Source: Cenarchaeum sp. (GTDB taxonomy: Archaea > Thermoproteota > Nitrososphaeria > Nitrososphaerales > Nitrosopumilaceae). Taken from it: 64,000 bases of DNA. The notes under the pieces were generated by a model that was not told the DNA's origin, did no database searches, and saw nothing but the letters and a program-made list of their open reading frames with translations. The position numbers were made by a program, and so were the translations under genes. Below are positions 55,302 to 64,000 of this stretch, in pieces (within the stretch, counting starts at the first letter, position 1; every line of letters begins with the position of its first letter). The stretch covers positions 128,001 through 192,000 of the forward strand of contig OZ243037.1 in NCBI GenBank assembly GCA_965212015.1, in the 5' to 3' direction.

Positions 55302-58103
55302 CTATCCCCGCTTTTCCAGCTCCGCCAGATACTCGATCACCTTGATGAATTCCTGGTCTGATATGCGTCCTGCCACCCACCAGTCCGCCGCATCTTTCAC
55401 CCATTCGGGGACGTCGGATTTTGCATCCTGCGCTATATAGGATATGATGGAGTCGATTGCCTTTTTTGCATCATCAGAATTGTTGCCTTTTGTGAAAAAC
55501 CCCGCATTGTTTTTTACCCATTCGGGCAGTGCATCATCCGGCGGGATATATCCTCCGGTATCGCCGATGCGGACAGATACCGATCCGCGCTGCGTCAGCG
55601 AGTCTCGGTCCTCGCCCGCATACACCAGTACGGTGTGGTTTCCCGGTATATCCGGTATCCAGGACAGTGCGGCAGATACTGTCCGGTTTGCCGCTATCGT
55701 ACCCGCAATGGAGCTTGCTGCAGAGTTTGCCGGCGCTATCTGGTATACGAACGGCAGCTCTGTGCCGTCCATACTGCGAATCTCTGCTGCAATGTGCACC
55801 ATCTGGTTCTGCTCTAATACGGATACGTCCTCGCCGACAGAGTTTACCGTCCTTATGTCGGATATTACCAGCGAGCCTGTCTGGGGTTTTTCTGTTATGT
55901 TTATCGCATCCTGTACCAAGATGAATCCATGTGCGTGTCTGTTTGCATCACCTACCCTGTAAAAATGCAGGCCCGGTTCGTCTAATGCTGTTGTAAAGGT
56001 ACTGCGCTGTGAATTCCCTGTGACTTTCTTGTAAATCCATCCGGATTGTTGGATGCTTTCGCTATGTACTAGTACATTTTTTTCTGCATCCATGTTCCAT
56101 TGTATGGCATCACCTGCATTTACCATGATGTCTTTTGGAACTAGGCACAATGAACTGGAACAACTCTCATCATTTTTGGAATCCGTAACTATTATCTGAT
56201 TTGTCTCTACAAATTCCACGCCTAGTGCCTTTGTCGGGCAACTCCCAGCCCAAAAGCAAAATCTGGGATGACTATCCCACAGTGTTTCTTTATCATAAGT
56301 TTCAGACGCGCCTCTGATTGTTATGTGCTCTGCACCCCTGAGAAACGGAATCCGTATGGTGATCGTATCAAGAGATGTGATCTCGTCTGTTATTGCAACA
56401 GGTACCCCGTCTACTGTGGGGTCGAAGAGATAAGCGTAATACCGCCTTATGATGTCCTGTGGCAGCGTGATGGTCAGCGATCCCGGCTCCGTGGCAGTCA
56501 TGTTTATCAGCATAAATACGAGATGACTTCCTATCCTGTCTGCACGTGTGTAAAACGTCTCGACTGACTGTATGCTTCCCCCGTCCATGACATACTTTAG
56601 CTCGTCACCAGTGTTTCTTATCTTTATGGTCTGGCCCGACTCTGTGGGCAGCACGTAGGGCGGGGGAAACAGCTTGTTGCCCGTTATCTCTATCGTGTTT
56701 TCGACTCCGGGCTCTAGGTGCGGAGTAAACTGTATGGTGTTGCTGATGGTGCTTTTTACACCGCCGTCGTATTCTATGCTTTTGCCGTTTACCAGCACGG
56801 CAAACTCATCACCCAGCAGGCCGTACGGTATGGTGGCAGCTACAACATGCGCCTCCTTTCCCAGTGGCTTTACTGTGATCTCTAGCTTTTTGTCCTCTGG
56901 CACAAACTCGACACCGCATATCTTGCCGGGCTGTATAGTCGATACCTCGAATTCCCCCCTGTCCGTGTCTATATTAAACAAGTCTGTGGACATTTCGGGG
57001 CCGACGTTTGTAGTCAGGGAAAACACGGATGTCTCATAATCCGCCTTTCCAAAATCCGCCGTGACCCTTGTGTACTTGCAGTATTCTGTCTCTAAATCCG
57101 ACAGGGCTATGTTCCCGGTAGTTCCACGCGCGTTTAGGTTCCCGTTCTGCTCTGCCTTGCCCATTATGGATATGGGGTATTCCAGTGTGATGCTTCCCGG
57201 TTGTTCGTTTTTTATCTGAAAGCGGTACAGCTCAAAATAGGTTATCTCGCCGTCAGTCATCGTATACGGTATGGAATACATGTGGCCGCCTTCGGGTATC
57301 TTTATTATTCCCTCCGTCTTTTCACCGTCCAAATACTTTATGCCAAAGCCATCCGTGAATCTTCCGGAATAGATGCTCTTTACAAAGCCGTGTCCCGCAA
57401 TGCCGGGAAGCTCTTCTATGGGAAGGAGAATACTCAGTGTATTGCTGCGCTTTACGCTCTCAAACGGGGGAATGACGCCCACCCTGTCGTCGGATATGGC
57501 CTCCACGACGTCCAAAAGCGCCCTCATGTTCTGGCTGTTGTATGTGACTTTGCTTGAGAAATCCTGCACGCCGATGTTTATCGCAACGTACACCACGTCT
57601 ATCTCGCCGTTTTCTATCACGTCCCAAAACGGCTCAAAATCATTGAATTTTGAATTTTTCTTGATGTGCTGTATGATGCTTTCGCCGTCACTGCCAGCAT
57701 ATTCGGACACCTTTGCTATTATTACGCCTACAAACCTGTGCTGTAAAATGTCCGGCAATACGGACGCCGGAATCGCAGCCTCTGCCACGTATCCAAAGAC
57801 GGGATGCGATACAACAGTGGCGTTTGCCCCGTAATGGTTTATCAAGAGTGACGCTATGGTCTCTGCGGTGAGCTTTATGGTGCCGGAATCATCGCCTAGC
57901 CTGTGCGGCACTATCATAAAGTTGTGCTCATACATTGCATTTTCATCTATCAGATGGAGTAGCTTGTCTGAGAATCCAAAGTACCTGTCGTCTGATCTTA
58001 TCTGCTCTGACAGAGAGACCTCTTGTGCATGGGCGTAAAGCGGGACTACAAGCATGCATGCTGCCAAAACGAGCAACATGTGTGGATTTTGCATCGAATT
58101 CAC
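55302..58103 (-). CDS. large multidomain cell-surface protein (933 aa)
   Basis: Signal peptide (AHA), repeated beta domains, a cupredoxin-like domain, an S-layer-like Ig domain and two C-terminal PEWVK motifs. Confidence 0.85.
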   Translation of the reverse strand: MNSMQNPHMLLVLAACMLVVPLYAHAQEVSLSEQIRSDDRYFGFSDKLLHLIDENAMYEHNFMIVPHRLGDDSGTIKLTAETIASLLINHYGANATVVSHPVFGYVAEAAIPASVLPDILQHRFVGVIIAKVSEYAGSDGESIIQHIKKNSKFNDFEPFWDVIENGEIDVVYVAINIGVQDFSSKVTYNSQNMRALLDVVEAISDDRVGVIPPFESVKRSNTLSILLPIEELPGIAGHGFVKSIYSGRFTDGFGIKYLDGEKTEGIIKIPEGGHMYSIPYTMTDGEITYFELYRFQIKNEQPGSITLEYPISIMGKAEQNGNLNARGTTGNIALSDLETEYCKYTRVTADFGKADYETSVFSLTTNVGPEMSTDLFNIDTDRGEFEVSTIQPGKICGVEFVPEDKKLEITVKPLGKEAHVVAATIPYGLLGDEFAVLVNGKSIEYDGGVKSTISNTIQFTPHLEPGVENTIEITGNKLFPPPYVLPTESGQTIKIRNTGDELKYVMDGGSIQSVETFYTRADRIGSHLVFMLINMTATEPGSLTITLPQDIIRRYYAYLFDPTVDGVPVAITDEITSLDTITIRIPFLRGAEHITIRGASETYDKETLWDSHPRFCFWAGSCPTKALGVEFVETNQIIVTDSKNDESCSSSLCLVPKDIMVNAGDAIQWNMDAEKNVLVHSESIQQSGWIYKKVTGNSQRSTFTTALDEPGLHFYRVGDANRHAHGFILVQDAINITEKPQTGSLVISDIRTVNSVGEDVSVLEQNQMVHIAAEIRSMDGTELPFVYQIAPANSAASSIAGTIAANRTVSAALSWIPDIPGNHTVLVYAGEDRDSLTQRGSVSVRIGDTGGYIPPDDALPEWVKNNAGFFTKGNNSDDAKKAIDSIISYIAQDAKSDVPEWVKDAADWWVAGRISDQEFIKVIEYLAELEKRG

Positions 58104-58186
58104 CTGCGAGCCGGTTGGTAATTATGTATTACGCAGGATTCAAAGGCCTGAACTGCCGGTTCCGGGTTGCACGGTGGCAAGCGGCG

Positions 58187-58924
58187 CTAAATCAGGAACT
58201 TTATGGCGTTCTCGCCGTCTTTGGTAAGCTTTAGCCATCTGGTGCGCCCGATCTTTTCCTCCTCTATGAACTTCCAGTGATCCCTGAGCGGCTGTATGAT
58301 GTTCTTGTCCAGGCTTGCAAACCTGGCCTGCGAATAGTTCTCCCTTCTTGCGTCCACCGTGATGAGCTTTTCGCCGTCTGCAAGCTCTGCCATCTTTTTT
58401 TTGGTCAGCCTTTTGCCGTTCTCTTTGATTATCCTCAGCGCATCGATGTGTTTTTGGACCGGCTTTTGTATGTCGTATGACGGCATGTCGATCATGTCTT
58501 TTATCCCCTCTGAGATCTGCCCGCTGAATCCCATGTACTTTTTGGCCTCGACATAAAACGGAAAGATCCTGCGGTCTGCATTGTACATCATGCACGCCAT
58601 CATTCCGGCTATGGCCTGAATCTTTGAGCCCGACGCCAGATTGACATAGATGCTGTTTCCCTCCTCCCTCTGGATTATGTCCTTGATTGACTTTATTATC
58701 ATAAAGAGGTCCAGGCGGTCGTGGTATTCTAGTATGACCTCGATGTTTTGCGCCTTGAGCTGTTTTTTTATCCTGTCCACAAACGGCCTTGCCTTGTCCT
58801 GGGACTGGTTTTCATGTACCATCAGGTATACCTTGTCTGCACGCCGCTGCTTTGCCGGCATGACTATCCTGTCTATCTCAAAGCCGACGGGGGCAATGTG
58901 GACGCGCAGGTTCAGCTTGCTCAT
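58187..58924 (-). CDS. CARF-like/Csa3-like (DUF6293, HFX_2341-type) transcriptional regulator with a C-terminal wHTH
   Basis: VHIAPVGFEIDRI, ADKVYL and IYVNLASGSKI, with wing motif EEEKIGRTRWLKLTKDG. Confidence 0.8.
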   Translation of the reverse strand: MSKLNLRVHIAPVGFEIDRIVMPAKQRRADKVYLMVHENQSQDKARPFVDRIKKQLKAQNIEVILEYHDRLDLFMIIKSIKDIIQREEGNSIYVNLASGSKIQAIAGMMACMMYNADRRIFPFYVEAKKYMGFSGQISEGIKDMIDMPSYDIQKPVQKHIDALRIIKENGKRLTKKKMAELADGEKLITVDARRENYSQARFASLDKNIIQPLRDHWKFIEEEKIGRTRWLKLTKDGENAIKFLI

Positions 58925-58933
58925 AATGGTATC

Positions 58934-58966
58934 TACAGTATGTATACTATTGTAATGCTATATAAT
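58934..58966. promoter_or_regulatory. divergent promoter region with a candidate palindromic operator and TATA box
   Basis: AGTAT-GT-ATACT at 58937-58948 lies inside TACA-N13-TGTA (58934-58954). TATATAAT is at 58959-58966. Confidence 0.4.
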
Positions 58967-59140
58967 AATTGTGCCACAGGTGCGGACTGTATGAGAATAC
59001 CGACGGTGCGAAAAACCCCCAAAGACGAGCAGACAGTGGCCCTTTTTCCGACCATAATACGCGAGTTTGAGTGCGACGAGCCGGCATTTTACGGCTCGGG
59101 CTGACATGAAATCCATGCGTCTGCCGGGAGGGTCTGGGCG

Positions 59141-59668
59141 ATGAACTATACCATACTCTATATCTTTGGCGGAATCCTGGTTCTGGTCCCGCCACACGTA
59201 ATTGGGATTGCATTTTTGATCCTCCTGTACACCTATAGGCGGCTCTCAAGGCAGGAGAATGACGACGAGCAAACCAATGACTGCGAGCAGTTAGACGCAG
59301 AGCAGCCGGGATACGGCGCGCCCATAAAAAATGCGAGTCCCGACGAGAAGGAATACCTGGACTTTGAAAGTGAGTTCAACAATAAGGAATACGAGCGAGT
59401 GCAAAAAAAGGCTGCGCTAGATCCGGTCACGACACGCTTGGCTGTGAAACCCTCGAGACGCCGGAATCCTTTGAGACATGAAACATATTGTCCACGTACG
59501 CCTCTAGCTCCTTTTCATGCGATACCAGGATTATCTGCTCGGAGCTCAGCCCGTCTAGAACGGATCGGATTTTGGATAGCTGCGCCTTTGAGAACCCGTC
59601 AGTCGGCTCGTCTAGTATCAGCAGGTTCGACTCTAGGGATTCCGTCTCTTGTCTCATCAGTAAATTAA
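59141..59668 (+). CDS. membrane-anchored acidic hypothetical protein, with the 3' part running antisense into rad50
   Basis: Hydrophobic N-terminus and acidic region up to about 59430. The remainder overlaps rad50 by 242 bp and looks non-functional. Confidence 0.45.
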   Translation: MNYTILYIFGGILVLVPPHVIGIAFLILLYTYRRLSRQENDDEQTNDCEQLDAEQPGYGAPIKNASPDEKEYLDFESEFNNKEYERVQKKAALDPVTTRLAVKPSRRRNPLRHETYCPRTPLAPFHAIPGLSARSSARLERIGFWIAAPLRTRQSARLVSAGSTLGIPSLVSSVN

Positions 59669-61865
59669 GCGTCAGTCTGTAGGCTAGAGCGATGCTGGTG
59701 CGCTCGCCTCCGGACATATGGTTGATTTCCTGCATGTATCCGTCCTGTTCTATTATGGGGGTGAAATTTTCGTCAATTCGGGACTCCTTTGTCGGATCAT
59801 CAATCAAAATATTGTACCACTTGCAGTACGTCATGTTGAACTGCTGGTGGATTGACAGCAGGGTCTGCTTTTCTATCTTGTCTACGGTGGGAATGAAAAA
59901 CTCTTTGATCCAATCGCGGCAATTCCGGTATTTTGAGTAATGTGCCAGCCATTTTTTTGCATCAAGTGCGCCCTTGTTGTCCTCCGAGAGCCTCTGTTTT
60001 TCATTTTTAAGATTCTCGCCGTGTGCGGCAAGACTGGACGCATCGTCGGCGATCTTTTGCTGTATTTTACGCAGCCTGCTCTCGCAGCTTTTTATCTCTG
60101 CGTTTAGACTTGGAAACTCTTTGATTTTTTCCTGCGTGTCTGACAGGGCTTTTTCCTCGCGCGAAATCTCTGCCTCGGTATCTAGCAGCAAACCCTGGTG
60201 CCTCTCTAATCCGGCTTTTGCCCTTTTTTGCTTGTCCTGAAGCTCGGAATACATTGCCTGCGAGTTATTGTATGATACCAGTGCGTCTTTTAGCTCCGTG
60301 AGGTATTCTGTGGGACTGTCAGTTTTGGATGCAGGTGCGTCCTTTATCCTGTTTTGCGCCTCTAGCGTCTTTATCCGGGATTTGAGACTGGCAATCTCGC
60401 CTGATTTTTTGGCATATTCCCGTATTCTTGGAATTACTCTCTCCAGTGACTTCAACTCTGAGGAATACTCTGTGATCTGCGCATCCATCGTGTGAATCTC
60501 GGACTGTATTTTTTCACGCTCTGCTTTTTCCTTTTTTAGGGCCTGCTCGGCTTTTGTGATTTTTCCGTCCAGCTCGCCGTCTAGTTTTTTCCGGTGATCC
60601 GGCGTAATCTCGTTTCTGCATACCGGGCATTTCGAGCCCAGCCCTGCAATTTTTTTTACGTCGTTTTGCAGGCCGTCCAGGTTCGCCTGGCCCCTGATGA
60701 TCGCATTGTGTACGCCCTGGTAAATTCCCCGTTTTTCTTCCAGGTCGCCGGAAATACCCGCAAGCGATTTTTCTAGCCTGTTTTTTTCCGCCTCTAGCGA
60801 GTCTGGATCCGTATTTTTGCTGGTGCCAAGCTCGTCTTCTAGCAGTTTTTGATCATCGGATACGGAATTCAGACGCGCTACTGCCACATTTATCTCGTCG
60901 TGTAATTTTCTGAATTTTTTAATCTCGCCTTCTATGTGTGAAAGTGTTTTTGTCGTGGGTTTCTTGGGCAGTGCGAATTTTTCAATCCTGTCATTTGCGC
61001 CTTTTAGTTCGCCCTCCATTGTCCTAATCTCTGCATTGATGGTGTTGAGACCGGATTTTTTTGCCGAAATATTGTGCTTTAAATCCGCCTCCCGGGTGTC
61101 CAGCCGTGCCTTTTGCACACTGTTATTATGAAGCTCTTTTGACCTTGAATCCTCATTTTTACGGGCTGTTTCGTTTTCTTTTTGTGCCGTTTTTAGCTTT
61201 GCTATGAGTAATGTTGTCTTTGAGATTTGTTTTTTTGACTCGTCAATTCTTGACTCTAGGGCATCCAAACCGGAGAACCTCTCACTGAATTTTGACATTG
61301 TAGAGTTTATCGACTGTGCCAGCATTTTTGCATTCTCTGATGCCGTCTTGTAAACCTCCACGCCAAACGCCCGGCGGATGATCTCGAGGCGCTTTGCGCT
61401 GTCTGAGAGTATCTGCTTCATCTCTTCTTGCGGGGTGAATACGGCGTACCGGAATATCCTGCTTACGGCCCTGGGGTCGGTTGGCTCGTTGAATTTGAGT
61501 ATGTTCAAAATCCGCTGCTTTAGCTCCGAAGGAGACAGCGGCTCTTTTACGCCGTCCTCTGAGAGGTACGATTTTTTTGCATCCTGGTGTATGGAGCCGG
61601 TCCTTCTGTTTAGCACCCGTTTTATCACGTATGACTTGTCATACGCCGAAAATTTCAGCAGGACGCTTCCGGTCTCTGATTTTTTTGCAAGAAGCGCCTC
61701 GGGTTTCTGGGATCCCAGGCCGAATAGCGCAAACTCTATTCCCATCAGGACAGAGGTCTTTCCAGATCCGTTGTCGCCCTCAAACAGGGTGATTCCGCGC
61801 GGAAAGCTGATCTCTGTATTTTTGTAGCTGCGAATGTTTTCGAGCTCTATTGACTCAAGAATCAT
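59427..61865 (-). CDS. rad50: Rad50/SbcC-family SMC-like ATPase
   Basis: Walker A GDNGSGKTS, coiled coils, zinc hook CPVC, signature MSGGE, Walker B LLILDEPT and VSH. Confidence 0.92.
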   Translation of the reverse strand: MILESIELENIRSYKNTEISFPRGITLFEGDNGSGKTSVLMGIEFALFGLGSQKPEALLAKKSETGSVLLKFSAYDKSYVIKRVLNRRTGSIHQDAKKSYLSEDGVKEPLSPSELKQRILNILKFNEPTDPRAVSRIFRYAVFTPQEEMKQILSDSAKRLEIIRRAFGVEVYKTASENAKMLAQSINSTMSKFSERFSGLDALESRIDESKKQISKTTLLIAKLKTAQKENETARKNEDSRSKELHNNSVQKARLDTREADLKHNISAKKSGLNTINAEIRTMEGELKGANDRIEKFALPKKPTTKTLSHIEGEIKKFRKLHDEINVAVARLNSVSDDQKLLEDELGTSKNTDPDSLEAEKNRLEKSLAGISGDLEEKRGIYQGVHNAIIRGQANLDGLQNDVKKIAGLGSKCPVCRNEITPDHRKKLDGELDGKITKAEQALKKEKAEREKIQSEIHTMDAQITEYSSELKSLERVIPRIREYAKKSGEIASLKSRIKTLEAQNRIKDAPASKTDSPTEYLTELKDALVSYNNSQAMYSELQDKQKRAKAGLERHQGLLLDTEAEISREEKALSDTQEKIKEFPSLNAEIKSCESRLRKIQQKIADDASSLAAHGENLKNEKQRLSEDNKGALDAKKWLAHYSKYRNCRDWIKEFFIPTVDKIEKQTLLSIHQQFNMTYCKWYNILIDDPTKESRIDENFTPIIEQDGYMQEINHMSGGERTSIALAYRLTLNLLMRQETESLESNLLILDEPTDGFSKAQLSKIRSVLDGLSSEQIILVSHEKELEAYVDNMFHVSKDSGVSRVSQPSVS

Positions 61866-63111
61866 CTGCGTCCAGTCCCATGGTCATCAAGGCGCCCTGC
61901 TGTATCCTTTTCTGATACGCGTCTTTTTTTTCGTTTGCTAGCGGCGGATTCCCGATCTCCCGGAGCAGTGCCTTGGCCAGCGACATTCCCCTGCCCCCGA
62001 CTAGCTCCTTTTGATCCAGTTTTACCTCCCCGATATTCTCCGAAAACACGTTTTCCTCGATCTCTTTTTTGTTGTCACCGCTTGCCTCTGTAATCCTGTA
62101 TTCCCTGGAGCTAAACTGGTTCCTGCTGAGGTTGACTATTAGCGCGCCCTTGTCCACAAGTTCGTCTCTGACCCGGACCAGATCCACGTCCGTGGTCTTG
62201 CCCGAGGTCAGCTCCCCCCTTATCCTGACTAGCACAATCTTGCCTTTGGGGTTTGTTTTCTGCGTCTTTTCGCGCAGCTCGTCGTTTATGGACTCTGCCA
62301 TCCTGTTGTCTGCATTGACCTCGATCATCTCATAGCTTGTATTTGGAATCCGTACCAGCTCTACTTTTTTTACCGCATCACCGAATTCTGCAAGTACAAA
62401 GCCGCGAACCTGCCCCCTTGCATTGTCCTCCAAATCGCTGTAATATCCCGCAAACGGCGTTCCGGGATAAACCACGTGTGAATGATCCTCGTACTGCTGG
62501 TGTGAAAACCGGTGCAGGTGTCCGCCCGCATAATAGTCAAAGCCCCTTGGAAGAAGCGACAGCGGCATATAGTCGCCCTCGGAACCCTCGCCTATCTTCA
62601 TCTCTGCTATCCCGCCATGAAAAAGAAATATCTTGAATCCCTGCTCTGATTCCAGGCTTTTTCTGTCCAGCTTTTCATAGTATTCCACATCCTTGCCTGC
62701 CTTGAGCCCCGAAAAGCCGGCTATCTTTGCGCCGGTCTTTTTATCCGTCACAAAGTCCAGCGTTATGGTCTCGTCTGCTGATTCCCTGACCCGGGTCACC
62801 TTGATGATATAGCCAATCTCCTCGAGCAGATCGATTACAGAGTTTGAAACAGGCGAGAAATCGTGGCTTCCATACACCACATACACCGGGATTCCGGCGT
62901 CGTGGACTTGGCGGAATTTTCCAAAGGCGAACTTTTGCACTCGCATCTCTGGAATGTTTACATGAAACAGGTCTCCAGCAATCAGGATAAAATCCACCTT
63001 TAACGATATGCACTTGTCCAGTGATCTCTCAAAGACGTCCTGCTCTATTTTTTGCAGCGACTCGCTTTTCTGAAAGCCCAGATGAATGTCTGCGAGATGG
63101 GCAAATCTCAT
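61855..63111 (-). CDS. mre11: Mre11/SbcD-family nuclease
   Basis: Motifs ADIHLG, AGDLFH, GSHD, FH, GGHLH and YPG. Confidence 0.92.
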   Translation of the reverse strand: MRFAHLADIHLGFQKSESLQKIEQDVFERSLDKCISLKVDFILIAGDLFHVNIPEMRVQKFAFGKFRQVHDAGIPVYVVYGSHDFSPVSNSVIDLLEEIGYIIKVTRVRESADETITLDFVTDKKTGAKIAGFSGLKAGKDVEYYEKLDRKSLESEQGFKIFLFHGGIAEMKIGEGSEGDYMPLSLLPRGFDYYAGGHLHRFSHQQYEDHSHVVYPGTPFAGYYSDLEDNARGQVRGFVLAEFGDAVKKVELVRIPNTSYEMIEVNADNRMAESINDELREKTQKTNPKGKIVLVRIRGELTSGKTTDVDLVRVRDELVDKGALIVNLSRNQFSSREYRITEASGDNKKEIEENVFSENIGEVKLDQKELVGGRGMSLAKALLREIGNPPLANEKKDAYQKRIQQGALMTMGLDADDS

Positions 63112-64000
63112 TTAAAACACCTTTGTCTTGCCGGATTTTGCAGCCGGTCTCTGTTTTTTGATAAAGTCGTCAAACAGGGGAATCTTTATCGGCACTGCAA
63201 ACGGGACAAATATGCTGGTGATGATGGCCTCTCCCTTGTCAAGGCTTGCAATGCTCCTGTCGTCCTCTGAGAGGTCTTGTGATGCCGAGGATATTATCGC
63301 GTCGCGCTCTTGCTTCATCTCGTTGCCCAGGATTATCTTTGTATTTATGTTTGCAAGGATGGATCTGGGTATGACGCTTGAGAGCTGGGTTATGGCCACA
63401 AGTCCGATCTTGAACTTGCGGCCCTCCTTTGCAATCGTGGCATAGATGTTGCTGTTTTTGGACGTCAGCACGTCCTCGCCGATGACACGCGGCGCCTCCT
63501 CTATTACTATTGACACGATTGGTTTGCGCTCTATCTCGCCGGTCTCTTTGTATTTTTTGTACCTGCCAAGCAGCTTGGATGCTACTATGTTTCCCACAAT
63601 CAGCTCCGCCTCGTTGCCCAGCCGGGACGTGTCCAAAACTACCACCCTTCCGTGCTCGACGTGGCTTGCAATGTCGTCTGCCGTGCCAAGTCCCTTGGTG
63701 CCCGAATCAAACACCTTGTGTCTTGATATCAGCTCGCCTGCCTCGTCGCGTTCCAGGCCCAGAATCACGCGCATCTTTCGCTGAATCACGCTCATTGTCA
63801 CTTTTGCCGTTTGATCCTTGCTGGTTTCAGAATCGGTAGTCATGAGTATCTTTATCCAGTTGCTGCTGTGCCTTTTGTGGTACGTCTGGATTGCCTGCAT
63901 CTGCGCGTCTGAAAAATTCATAATCCCCTCAAAATGCTCGGGCAGTATCGACTGCAGGTTGATTGCGAGCCTGTGCGCACCGGGCGGGGGCGTAGTGGGA
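63112..64000 (-). CDS. herA: HerA-family helicase/ATPase (5' part beyond the window)
   Basis: [25 protein letters not shown] and SLDKGEAI. The frame stays open to the window edge ([27 protein letters not shown]...). Confidence 0.88.
   Translation of the reverse strand, partial: PTTPPPGAHRLAINLQSILPEHFEGIMNFSDAQMQAIQTYHKRHSSNWIKILMTTDSETSKDQTAKVTMSVIQRKMRVILGLERDEAGELISRHKVFDSGTKGLGTADDIASHVEHGRVVVLDTSRLGNEAELIVGNIVASKLLGRYKKYKETGEIERKPIVSIVIEEAPRVIGEDVLTSKNSNIYATIAKEGRKFKIGLVAITQLSSVIPRSILANINTKIILGNEMKQERDAIISSASQDLSEDDRSIASLDKGEAIITSIFVPFAVPIKIPLFDDFIKKQRPAAKSGKTKVF

Overview
This is a gene-dense archaeal chromosome segment from an ammonia-oxidising archaeon (Nitrososphaerota, Nitrosopumilaceae-like). 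The assignment rests on the adjacent 4-hydroxybutyryl-CoA dehydratase and ADP-forming acyl-CoA ligase genes of the thaumarchaeal 3HP/4HB cycle, together with Nop5/fibrillarin, Trm1, LSm-L37e, S30e, a plastocyanin-like protein and a PEF-CTERM-type protein. The GC-rich codon usage would fit a host-associated (e.g. sponge) lineage, but that is inference. Positions 1 to about 54 kb are mostly housekeeping genes (ilvC, mqnD, birA, cysS, nadE, ahcY, metG, nadM, purU, rpiA, pyrD/pyrK, aconitase, pdxS/T and others) and three tRNAs: Leu-TAG, Ala-CGC and a Trp-CCA with two introns. The last 10 kb looks accessory and is almost all on the minus strand. It holds two tandem paralogous 6-Cys membrane/secreted proteins, a 933-aa mosaic surface protein, an orphan CARF/Csa3-like regulator and a HerA-Mre11-Rad50 operon that may be a second, non-core copy. 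Other notable items are a half-size deoxyhypusine-hydroxylase-like HEAT protein, a TFE-beta/RPC34-like factor with a long Lys/Pro/Gln/Glu repeat arm, an unannotated 40-aa zinc-finger microprotein, and a hairpin-dense leader upstream of a 50-aa ORF. I saw no CRISPR array, integrase or transposase. All family assignments come from motif recognition by eye, not database searches.
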